Shown: in pieces, positions 1 through 8,059 of the stretch
How positions within the stretch are numbered: position 1 is the first letter of the stretch
How the letters are laid out: each line of letters opens with the position of its first letter
NCBI GenBank assembly: GCA_028284445.1
Contig: JANQRS010000016.1
Location: 80,441 to 144,440 of the forward strand
Source: Calditrichia bacterium
GTDB taxonomy: Bacteria > Calditrichota > Calditrichia > RBG-13-44-9 > J075
Length of the DNA stretch: 64,000 nucleotides
Direction: 5' to 3'
Notes under the pieces: model-generated
What the model was told of the DNA's origin: nothing
What the model saw: only the letters and a program-made list of their open reading frames with translations
Databases searched by the model: none
Made by a program: the position numbers and the translations under genes

Positions 1-3
1 CGG

Positions 4-1158
4 ATGAGGAGGAGCAAGGCTATGTATGATATCCTGGTGTATGCTACCAATCCCGAGTCGGTAACAGAGATAAAGGAGCTATTTCCGGCACCCGTTCACC
101 AGGTTTGCGTGGTGGATGAGAACGATGATTGGCCGGTAGATGTACCCGAGACATTATTTGATTTTGCCCTGGCCTGGGAGGCACCTGTCCAGGAAGTAAG
201 CAAGTTTCTGGAGAAGCAGCAGGCAGTCGGGCTTGGCTTCGTGCCGGTAGTTGCCCTTACGCGTGACAGTAGTGAGGCGGACCAGCTCTTTGCGCTGCCC
301 CTGGCCGATGTTATCACCTTGCCGACGCCGCGTGCCTTATTTATGAGAACCATCGAGACGCTGGTTCACGGCCGCAAACGCTCAGAAGAGGATCGCAGGG
401 GAATGAACTGGCAGGGAAGTCTCTCTGAATTTAACCTGATTGATTTGATTCAGATGGTAGATGCCGGCCGCCGTAGCGTTGAGGCCAGGCTATCACAGGA
501 AGGTCTGAATGGCCGACTTGTGTTCGGCGAGGGCGTACTCTGCGATGCGCAATTTCGTGCTTTGTCCGGATCGGCTGCCCTCAAAAAGATGGTATTTTGG
601 TCCCGCGGTAGTTTTCAGATTCGCGAATTGGGGGACGAAGCTGTAACCAACGAGATCAAGCTGCAAAACCAGGAAATCCTATTGCAGCTGTTTGAAGTAT
701 TGGCAAAGCAGGATCAACTAAGCCGTGACTTGCCGGATTTCACCACCCAGCTTCTGCGAAATCCACTCATGGAGCCCGGCGAACTGACCGGTCTGCAAAG
801 CAAAATTCTCGGGCAATGCCAGCAGGCGATAACGATTTTCGAATTGCTTCAAGTGCTCGATGATGACGGTGAAGATATCCTGCTTGAATTGAAAATCATG
901 CTGGAGATGAATCTGATCGGTGATCGGGTTGAAGTTGAAGCGGCGATCCGGGAAGCTGCGGAAACGAGCAATTTCAGCAAGGTGATATCTTCGATTTCCT
1001 CAATTTTCAAGCGCAAGCCGCGAGAGTCGGTGGTTGAATACCAATTCTACGAATCTTTGCCGGAGGAAAGTCTGCTGCCATTGCAGTTCCCGGCTCGCGA
1101 GTTAAGCGAAGATGACCGTCGGTTGATTGAAGGCAAACTGCTTGGAGGAAGTCAATAA
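4..1158 (+). CDS. DUF4388 domain protein (N-terminal receiver-like region + DUF4388 core); may be 5'-partial at window edge
   Basis: ORF track 384 aa; central segment 'GSLSEFNLIDLIQMVDAGRRSVEARL...GRLVFGEGVLCDAQFRALSGSAALKKMVFWSRGSFQI' fits the DUF4388 signature (G.L.df.l.dllQ.l...r.sG.L...~G.i.f.~G.iv.A...G.~A...~..W~.G.F) as I recall it. Stop codon TAA overlaps next ORF start (ATAATG at 1155-1160). Confidence 0.55.
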   Translation: MRRSKAMYDILVYATNPESVTEIKELFPAPVHQVCVVDENDDWPVDVPETLFDFALAWEAPVQEVSKFLEKQQAVGLGFVPVVALTRDSSEADQLFALPLADVITLPTPRALFMRTIETLVHGRKRSEEDRRGMNWQGSLSEFNLIDLIQMVDAGRRSVEARLSQEGLNGRLVFGEGVLCDAQFRALSGSAALKKMVFWSRGSFQIRELGDEAVTNEIKLQNQEILLQLFEVLAKQDQLSRDLPDFTTQLLRNPLMEPGELTGLQSKILGQCQQAITIFELLQVLDDDGEDILLELKIMLEMNLIGDRVEVEAAIREAAETSNFSKVISSISSIFKRKPRESVVEYQFYESLPEESLLPLQFPARELSEDDRRLIEGKLLGGSQ

Positions 1159-1646
1159 TGCGCATCATGGAAACCATTGTGATTAGCCAGGATGGCCAAT
1201 ACCAGCAGGAACTGATGAGTGAATTGCCGACGCTGCGTCAGCGAGTGTACGGTGTGGATGTAGACCGCCTGGAAATCTCTGAGGATTTGATTGTTCACTT
1301 ATATCATTTTTCTCTGGAAGGCGGTATCGCCGGTGAAATCCTGGATCATCTCCAGGGGCACCTGAGCGCGATGGTGATGATTGCCGATTTGGAGCAGATT
1401 CGTAATCAGGAAAATAATGACCTTGATGAGATTCGTAAAACAGTGAACAATGTACCGGCAATTCTGGCGATTCGCAGCGAGAAAGATGTGTTGCCATACA
1501 ATCGCGATGCAAAAGCGTCGGGACTTCTCCTGGCGGATAATGCCCGCATGTTTTTCTGGGATCCGGAAGACAAGCGCAGCAAGGGCATCGTCTGGAATGC
1601 TGCCCTCAACACCCTCCAATTTGAGACTGTGAACAACCTCCTGTAG
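1158..1646 (+). CDS. hypothetical protein, translationally coupled to DUF4388 gene; spacing of beta/alpha elements resembles a P-loop-less Ras/MglA-like (or receiver-like) fold
   Basis: 162-aa ORF. Start overlaps upstream stop. 'ETIVISQDGQYQQ' sits where a GTPase P-loop would be, 'LIVHLYHFSLEG' where DTPGQ would be, and 'VPAILAIRSEKD' where NKxD would be, so nucleotide-binding residues are absent. Fold call is inference only. Confidence 0.45.
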   Translation: MRIMETIVISQDGQYQQELMSELPTLRQRVYGVDVDRLEISEDLIVHLYHFSLEGGIAGEILDHLQGHLSAMVMIADLEQIRNQENNDLDEIRKTVNNVPAILAIRSEKDVLPYNRDAKASGLLLADNARMFFWDPEDKRSKGIVWNAALNTLQFETVNNLL

Positions 1647-1653
1647 GGCTCTC

Positions 1654-1699
1654 GACATCCCCCTGCGTCCCCCTTCGAAGGGGGATTCAGGGGGATGTC
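1654..1699. repeat. G/C-tract palindromic element (variant arrangement), immediately 3' of ORF 1158..1646; likely terminator/REP-like
   Basis: gacatccccctg cgtccccc ttcgaa ggggga ttc cagggggatgtc: outer arms are perfect reverse complements, with an inner palindrome tcccccTTCGAAggggga. Shares ATCCCCC / GTCCCCC blocks with the other copies. Confidence 0.65.
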
Positions 1700-1819
1700 A
1701 CGTTAATTAGAGCAACAATTTCGGGAATTTAAGCGATGTTGTATTTATCGAGGCGAAGCCTCTGACGGCCAGGGATGGCCTGACGTAAGCACAGCGAACT
1801 GACAGCGAGCTTGCGAGCT

Positions 1820-3427
1820 CTATGCAGCAATTTCTTTCTTCAAATTTTCTACCGAATGCAATACTTCATCATCCAGAACCACATTGAAACGCTCGTCAGG
1901 ATTGACGTTTTCAAGGCGAAGCACGCCACGTGGACAAACCGCCGCGCAGACACCGCAGCCAACGCAGCTGTTGCGGATGATGTTCTGCCCACGCTGTGCA
2001 TACCAGCGTACGTCGATGCCCATTTCACAATATGTGGAGCAGTTGCCGCATGAAATGCATTGTCCGCCATTGGTCGTGATGACAAAACGGGATTTGATCT
2101 TCTGTACGATGCCAAGTATCGCTGCCAGTGGACAGCCGAATCGGCACCAGACGCGATTTCCCATGAACGGATAGAAACCGGTGCCGACAACGCCGGCAAA
2201 GGCCGAGCCGATCAGGAAGCTATAGGTCTGGTTAACCCGCCAGGTATAGTCGCCGAAGATCGCGCCGCCGGAGGTGTAGTTGACAATTTGCATAACGGTC
2301 ATGATGACCGCAAATACCAGCACCGAGTGGATCATAATGCGCTCAACCTGCCAGGCCTTGACGCCTTTGTTGGACAGCTGGCGATACGGATCTCCAAGGG
2401 TTTCTGCCAAACCGCCGCAGCCGCACACCCAGGAACAATACCAGCGCTTACCGTAGAGGTAGGTGAATAAGGGCACCAAAACCACTGAAAGAATCGTTCC
2501 CCACACCAACAGGAAGAGTCCGAAGTTGCCGCTGCTCAGCAGGCTGCTGAGATTCCAGTCCATAAAGAAGCTGTAGTTGAGCGGCCAGGCATTTTTCAGG
2601 TCCATGCTTGGCTGACTGAAGCGTTCCATAAGGCTTGGTAGCAGAAAGGCGAAACCAAATTGGAAGAAGATGATCGATGCAGTGCGTATTAAATGATAAT
2701 TGTTATGGCGATATTTCAGGAACATGCGAACGCCCATAACAACAATTGTCATTGTATAAAGGAAGCCGTAGAGAAACCATTGATCAGCCGGCAAGTTGCG
2801 TATAAATTGACTGATCGGATCAAACATGGTAATCGTATTGGTGAAATACTCGGCGTTCCAATACAACAGGATGTAAAAGAGAATCAGATAGGTGCCGGTC
2901 AGAATGCCGATGATGCCGCGATTCATCATGCTGCTGAACCAGATGTGATCATGCTTGATACCCGGCAGCGTGTTGCGCTGTGCCATATGAAAGAGAATCC
3001 CGCCGAGCGAGGCTAGCCCGACGCTCAGCAAAAACCACAGCCAGGGATTATCGGCGATTGGCCCGCGCAGAGCGTCTTTCATCAGCCAAAGCTTGTACAC
3101 CCCAAGTTGATATGGTTGAATTGATCCGTCAGCGTTGATTGATGACTCAATCGCGTTTAGCATCTCAACTTTGGAATCAAATGTCTTGCCGGCAATTGGC
3201 GAAAGCTTCTCGATCACCTCTGCTGGTACTTTCTCGCTTGCTTGATCCAACCGCGCCAGGTCTATCTGGTAATTGCCCAGGAAAATGGTGGCTGTAAATG
3301 TAGCCATTCCAACGAGAAAAAGAATCAAACCGACCAGCCGCATCGCGGAAAGACCGCCATGATGTGAATGTGCCGGTGTAAAATCGCTGTTACTATGTTG
3401 CTGAGCCGTGCTCATTGACCTCTCCAA
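1820..3427 (-). CDS. NapH/NosR/MauN-type membrane polyferredoxin (multi-TM, two CX3C(P) motifs, C-terminal 2x[4Fe-4S] ferredoxin domain)
   Basis: 535 aa with multiple hydrophobic segments; 'YCSWVCGCGG' and 'WCRFGCPLAAI' (CX3CP); C-terminus 'CISCGNCSTYCEMG...CVGCGVCAAVCP' has two CxxCxxCxxxCP clusters. Confidence 0.6.
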   Translation of the reverse strand: MERSMSTAQQHSNSDFTPAHSHHGGLSAMRLVGLILFLVGMATFTATIFLGNYQIDLARLDQASEKVPAEVIEKLSPIAGKTFDSKVEMLNAIESSINADGSIQPYQLGVYKLWLMKDALRGPIADNPWLWFLLSVGLASLGGILFHMAQRNTLPGIKHDHIWFSSMMNRGIIGILTGTYLILFYILLYWNAEYFTNTITMFDPISQFIRNLPADQWFLYGFLYTMTIVVMGVRMFLKYRHNNYHLIRTASIIFFQFGFAFLLPSLMERFSQPSMDLKNAWPLNYSFFMDWNLSSLLSSGNFGLFLLVWGTILSVVLVPLFTYLYGKRWYCSWVCGCGGLAETLGDPYRQLSNKGVKAWQVERIMIHSVLVFAVIMTVMQIVNYTSGGAIFGDYTWRVNQTYSFLIGSAFAGVVGTGFYPFMGNRVWCRFGCPLAAILGIVQKIKSRFVITTNGGQCISCGNCSTYCEMGIDVRWYAQRGQNIIRNSCVGCGVCAAVCPRGVLRLENVNPDERFNVVLDDEVLHSVENLKKEIAA

Positions 3428-3534
3428 TATTTATTTCGTTATGCGCTTCCGCCGCGTAACGATGCTTTGTTGACTGCTAAAGTGTGTCTCATCCTGCCGC
3501 TTCTTGTGGTGGAGGCAGCGGGAATCATTTCAAA

Positions 3535-4866
3535 CTAGGCAAAGAGCCGCTGAAAAAATCCCGGTTGCCGGCTTGGCTGCAGGTTTGTTCCGGCCTGTCG
3601 ATTAAAAGCCTCAATAATTTCTCCTTCAAATGCCTTGTAGAATTCCGGATCAAAATTCGCTTCCGGCAGATGCGTCATAACAAAGTTGATGTCGCGTTTC
3701 TCCTTTAACCAGCGATGCCAAACGTCCTGGCTCATGCGGATACCAAACACGTTCATGCCGGTGACGACCTTGTCGGATTGATTATAGATGATCTTCAGGC
3801 AATGGCGATGCCCTTCGTCTTCCCAATAGAACTGCGCATCGCCTTCGCGTGGACGATTGGGGACAAAGCCATAAGTTTGGTATTCGATGTCCATAAATTT
3901 TGCAGAGTTAAACCATAGGCCGCGTTCGTAAAAGGTCCGTTCGCCGCAGATCGTTCTCCCCAGCGCCTGACCCTGCATGCGCCCGGTATACCACAACTGT
4001 TCAATTCGATTCCTGGCCTCGCCTTCTACAATGATTTCGGCGCAATCACCGCAGGCGTAAATATCAGGGACATTGGTTTCCAGGTAATCATTCACCAAAA
4101 CACCGCGTCCCGTTTCGACGGGCGAATCTTTAACCAAATCGATGTTGGGATGCACGCCCGGTGTGAGTCCTACCAATTGGCAGCTAATTTCTTCGCCTTG
4201 GTCCGTCGTAATACCTCGTACGCGGCCATCATCGCCTGCCAGGATCTCGACAAGGTTCGTGCTGCGTCGCAAATCTATGCCGTGTTCATATACATGCCGG
4301 GTCACCAGCTTCGCTTCCTCAATCGGCAAGATGTTATCCCAGTACCATTCTTCGCGAATCAGGAAGGTCACCGGGATATCGCGCGTGGCGAGCATTTCGG
4401 CGAGTTCGATGCCGATCAATCCGCCGCCGACAATAACTGCGCGCTGAATGTTTTCCGTATTTTCCTCGAGGAGTTCGAGATCCTGGTATGAGTAGAGACC
4501 CTGGACGCCGGGTAGATCCTGTCCCGGCCAGCCAAACTTGTTGCTCTGCGAACCGGTGGCAAGCACCAATTTATCATATGAGATTGTGCGTCCGTCGCCA
4601 AGCGACAGCGCCTTCTTCTCAATGTCAATCGCATTCACATAAGCCCGTAGCAGATCAATCCTGTTTTTGGACCAGAAGTGATCTTCATAGGGCTTTGTAT
4701 GTTCGTAAGTCATGTGGCCCATGTAAATATACATCAGGGCAGTTCTGGAAAAGAAGTGGTCAGTTTCGGCAGAGATGACGGTAATATGGTGGTCGCTGCG
4801 CTTGCGGATATGTCTGGCAGTGGTAATTCCGGCTATTCCGTTTCCGATAATGACGATATGTGCCAT
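3535..4866 (-). CDS. NAD(P)/FAD-dependent pyridine-nucleotide-disulfide-family oxidoreductase
   Basis: 443 aa. N-terminal dinucleotide fold 'HIVIIGNGIAGITTARHI', a second Rossmann 'RAVIVGGGLIGIELAEML', and 'ACGDCAEI' near the C-terminal FAD contact. Immediately upstream of the polyferredoxin on the same strand. Confidence 0.7.
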   Translation of the reverse strand: MAHIVIIGNGIAGITTARHIRKRSDHHITVISAETDHFFSRTALMYIYMGHMTYEHTKPYEDHFWSKNRIDLLRAYVNAIDIEKKALSLGDGRTISYDKLVLATGSQSNKFGWPGQDLPGVQGLYSYQDLELLEENTENIQRAVIVGGGLIGIELAEMLATRDIPVTFLIREEWYWDNILPIEEAKLVTRHVYEHGIDLRRSTNLVEILAGDDGRVRGITTDQGEEISCQLVGLTPGVHPNIDLVKDSPVETGRGVLVNDYLETNVPDIYACGDCAEIIVEGEARNRIEQLWYTGRMQGQALGRTICGERTFYERGLWFNSAKFMDIEYQTYGFVPNRPREGDAQFYWEDEGHRHCLKIIYNQSDKVVTGMNVFGIRMSQDVWHRWLKEKRDINFVMTHLPEANFDPEFYKAFEGEIIEAFNRQAGTNLQPSRQPGFFQRLFA

Positions 4867-5269
4867 AGATAGTTTTCCTATAAGCCTTTACCAAATGATT
4901 GAGAGCATGCTTGCGTCCGGTATTGACGCCCTGCAGATCTACGCAGAAAATATACGGGTTAGTTGTCACACAAATATCACGACTTTCAAAGGATTCGAGA
5001 ACATCATAGTCTCTGGCTATGTTTTCAAGTGTGATGTAGTTGCCCAACGCGCGACAATTAATAGTGAAAGACAAAGATAGCAAGGGGAGGGGAGAATGGG
5101 AAATGGCAAATGACAAATATCGAAGTGCCCACTGACCGCCAACTGCGACTGCCACTATCATTATTTGACATTCGTCATTAGACATTTGTCATTTGCTGCC
5201 TTACACCTGACACCTCACAATTATCCCTCAAACAGGTGAACAAAAATATATCTTTTTTGCAGAAAATGC

Positions 5270-5298
5270 TTGACAAAGGCAATTTCACAAATTATCAT
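5270..5298 (+). promoter_or_regulatory. sigma70-like promoter TTGACA-17-TATCAT upstream of ORF 5352
   Basis: ttgacaAAGGCAATTTCACAAATtatcat. A good RBS 'aaggag' lies 6 nt before the ATG at 5352. Confidence 0.45.
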
Positions 5299-5351
5299 AT
5301 AGGTGAACGTGTGTATACTTTTTTAATTGTTATCTACGAAAGGAGTATCAG

Positions 5352-5666
5352 ATGGAAGCAATGGTTCACCAATCTCATGAGCGGGTATTAACTCGTAATG
5401 CGGCGTCTCGCCGGAACAATTCTGCTGTGATGGGCCAGGACATGATGGTTCAGTTGCACGAGCTGCTGGAAGGGGAGCGGTCTATCGTACGCATTTACAG
5501 CAAGGCCCTGGGCGAAGAAATCTGCTTTGTGAATCCGGAAGTTGAAGAAACGGCCGCGGAAGCAGAGGGAAAGCCGGTCTACACCACACGTGAGCTGGCA
5601 TTCATCATGTCCCTTTCTGCTGCCGAACTGCAGCGCTATCATTATCTGAAAACCAGGCTGGTTTAG
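5352..5666 (+). CDS. hypothetical 104-aa protein (possible C-terminal HTH)
   Basis: Stand-alone ORF with its own promoter and RBS; C-terminal 'TTRELAFIMSLSAAELQRYH' looks HTH-like. No family recognised. Confidence 0.45.
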   Translation: MEAMVHQSHERVLTRNAASRRNNSAVMGQDMMVQLHELLEGERSIVRIYSKALGEEICFVNPEVEETAAEAEGKPVYTTRELAFIMSLSAAELQRYHYLKTRLV

Positions 5667-5844
5667 CATAGTCCCGTTAGGCAATGGAAGTTTCTGATTG
5701 GGAATTGGATTTCTAGTTTGTTGTTTTAGCGTTTTTTCTGTTGGATTTTGGACTTTAACTCCCTTCATTTTGGGGATTCATCCGCAACATTTTAGCTGGC
5801 TTTGAGTGAATTGACAGCTACTGCTTGTATATTCTTCTTTTCTC

Positions 5845-5873
5845 TTGCGTTCTGCATATCCACCCTATATATT
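5845..5873 (+). promoter_or_regulatory. candidate promoter of rimP-nusA-infB operon (TTGCGT-17-TATATT)
   Basis: ttgcgtTCTGCATATCCACCCTAtatatt, located about 70 nt upstream of the rimP ATG. Confidence 0.3.
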
Positions 5874-5882
5874 TACGCGTGC

Positions 5883-5914
5883 AAAAAGTGGGTTTAACGA
5901 CCCACTTTTTTTGT
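5883..5914 (+). terminator. terminator-like hairpin + T-run in the rimP leader (possible attenuator)
   Basis: aaaaagtgggt-ttaacg-acccacttttt followed by ttgtt; about 30 nt upstream of the rimP start. Confidence 0.35.
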
Positions 5915-5943
5915 TATAGGACCCATTTGCAAGAGCCCGAAGC

Positions 5944-6402
5944 ATGACAGAACGCCTTGTTGACCGGATACGCAGCTTGGTGCAGCCGGTTTTCGATGAG
6001 GAAAAGATTTATTTGGTAGATTTGGAATTGCGTGGCAGTTCCGGAAGTCAAGTTCTCAAGATGTTTGCCGACACGAAAGACGGCATTACCCTGAAGCAAA
6101 TTACCAGACTGACTCGCCAAATTAATGACCTTCTCGACATTAGCGAAATAGTTGAAGGGACGTATAGACTCGAAGTCTCTTCGCCTGGAATCGACCGGCC
6201 GCTGACCCAACTCTGGGAATTTGAGAAAAATATTGGCCGCAAGCTGCGTGTCATTACGGAAGTGGATGCAGAAGAACAGGTGTTCGACGGGACGTTGATT
6301 GCTGTTGCGGATGATGAGATCAAGTTAAAGGACAAAAAGAAGAAAGAAATTACCATTCCCTGGGGAGATGTTATCAAAGCCCGGGTTCAACTAAAGTGGT
6401 AA
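5944..6402 (+). CDS. rimP: ribosome maturation factor RimP
   Basis: 152 aa; 'RLEVSSPGIDRPL' is the RimP/DUF150 signature; position immediately upstream of nusA. Confidence 0.85.
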   Translation: MTERLVDRIRSLVQPVFDEEKIYLVDLELRGSSGSQVLKMFADTKDGITLKQITRLTRQINDLLDISEIVEGTYRLEVSSPGIDRPLTQLWEFEKNIGRKLRVITEVDAEEQVFDGTLIAVADDEIKLKDKKKKEITIPWGDVIKARVQLKW

Positions 6403-6428
6403 CCTATGTTTGGAGGTAATCGGAATTC

Positions 6429-7712
6429 ATGAAGAGCCAAATCGTATCTGCTGCTGCTGAGATAGCACGCGAAAAACGAATCGATCGCGAAGATTTACGC
6501 GATATCCTTGAGGACATCTTTACGACCCTGATGAAGCGCAAGTATGGTGAAGAGTCCGAGTTTGACGTGATCGTAAATATTGATCGCGGTGACATGGAAA
6601 TTTATGTAGAGAAAGAGGTTGTCGCCAAAGTTGAAGACGAGGATACGCAAATTGCATTGGCAGATGCTAGTAAGGTGGATCCGGAAGTTGAAGAAGGAGA
6701 ATTGTTCGCAGAGGTTGTCAACCCGGAAAATTTCGGACGCCGTTTGATTAATATTGCCAAACAAACTTTGATGCAGCGCCTGAGAGAATATGAAAAGGGC
6801 AAGGTTTACGAAGAATATAAATCCCGTGTCGGTGAAATAATTATCGGAGATGTTCATCAAGAGACACGCAATGGTTACTTTATTGTTGTGGATCGCACCG
6901 AAATGTTTATGCCGCGCTCGGAGTCTATTCCGAATGAAAAGTTGCGCCGCGGTGATAGCGTTCGCGCCCTGATTAAAGAAGTTATCAAGCCGGACATGCT
7001 GACTGAAATTCCGGCCGAGCCCGAGCAGCGGCCACGTCGCCGTCGCAATCACCGTCCGGAAATTATCGTTTCGCGGGCAGACGAGCGCTTCCTGATTCGC
7101 CTGTTCGAAATTGAGGTGCCGGAAATCTTTGATGGTATTGTGGAAATCAAGAAAGTTGCTCGCAAGCCAGGTGAACGTTCTAAAATTGCTGTTGAATCCA
7201 TTGATACCCGAATCGATCCTGTTGGCGCCTGTGTTGGTATGCGTGGTGTGCGGATTCAATCGGTTGTCAGAGAGTTGAATGGCGAAAAGATTGATGTGAT
7301 TGCTCATACCAATGAGCCGGAATTGTTTATTACTCGCTCCATTACCCCGGCCAAACCGATTCGGGTGATATTCAATCGCGAAGAAGGCTTTGCAGTTGCC
7401 ATCATCCCCGACAAAGATATGGGATTAGCGATGGGGCGCGGTGAAGCGAATCGTGAACTGGCTCAGGAACTGACCGGCTTTAATATCGAGCTGATTAAAG
7501 AATCTGAATATTACGAGAAGGCGCTTCAGGAAGAAGAAGCGATGGATATTTCCGAAATTCCTGGCCTGTCCGCTACGATCGTTGATAAATTAAACGAGGC
7601 CGGTATTGAAAATGTAGATGAATTGAAGGGGCTGGGCCTTCACGGTTTGTTGGAAATACCGGGCATCGGCCAGAAAACAGCCGAGAAAATCCTCAGTCAG
7701 CTGAACATTTAA
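6429..7712 (+). CDS. nusA: transcription termination/antitermination factor NusA
   Basis: 427 aa with NusA N-domain, S1 and KH ('DPVGACVGMRGVRIQSVVREL') regions; canonical position. Confidence 0.95.
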   Translation: MKSQIVSAAAEIAREKRIDREDLRDILEDIFTTLMKRKYGEESEFDVIVNIDRGDMEIYVEKEVVAKVEDEDTQIALADASKVDPEVEEGELFAEVVNPENFGRRLINIAKQTLMQRLREYEKGKVYEEYKSRVGEIIIGDVHQETRNGYFIVVDRTEMFMPRSESIPNEKLRRGDSVRALIKEVIKPDMLTEIPAEPEQRPRRRRNHRPEIIVSRADERFLIRLFEIEVPEIFDGIVEIKKVARKPGERSKIAVESIDTRIDPVGACVGMRGVRIQSVVRELNGEKIDVIAHTNEPELFITRSITPAKPIRVIFNREEGFAVAIIPDKDMGLAMGRGEANRELAQELTGFNIELIKESEYYEKALQEEEAMDISEIPGLSATIVDKLNEAGIENVDELKGLGLHGLLEIPGIGQKTAEKILSQLNI

Positions 7713-7726
7713 GTAGCGATGGTTGA

Positions 7727-8059
7727 GTGAATATCGCATTGGATTCACGGCTTGCAAGCCTGATAGGGTTCGGTTATAAGTCGAGACAAATATTTACCGG
7801 TTTTGAGGCAGTACGCCGGGCAATGAATAAAAAAGGGAATGTCGCCCTGATCCTGGTTGATACCGAGTTGTCGGACAACTCATTTAAGAAGATTCGGACC
7901 ATGGCGGAAAGAACCGGTATTCCCTTGTGCCGGGTAAAGAAGAGTGAAGAGGGCTATGATTTGATTCAGCTTCTGGGTTACAAAATTGTGGCAATCCAGG
8001 AAGGTGATCTGGCCCAGGGCTTCATAAAAAAGCTAAAACAGGAGAGTCAATGGCAGTAA
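7727..8059 (+). CDS. L7Ae/YlxQ-family ribosomal-protein-like RNA-binding protein
   Basis: 110 aa between nusA and infB; 'GNVALILVDTELSDN...' pattern resembles L7Ae. No ylxR/DUF448 gene is present. Confidence 0.55.
   Translation: MNIALDSRLASLIGFGYKSRQIFTGFEAVRRAMNKKGNVALILVDTELSDNSFKKIRTMAERTGIPLCRVKKSEEGYDLIQLLGYKIVAIQEGDLAQGFIKKLKQESQWQ

Noticed and set aside
6495-7307. 270-aa minus-strand ORF antisense to nusA
   Set aside because: It lies entirely inside a well-supported conserved gene, has low-complexity composition and no RBS; it is a shadow ORF.
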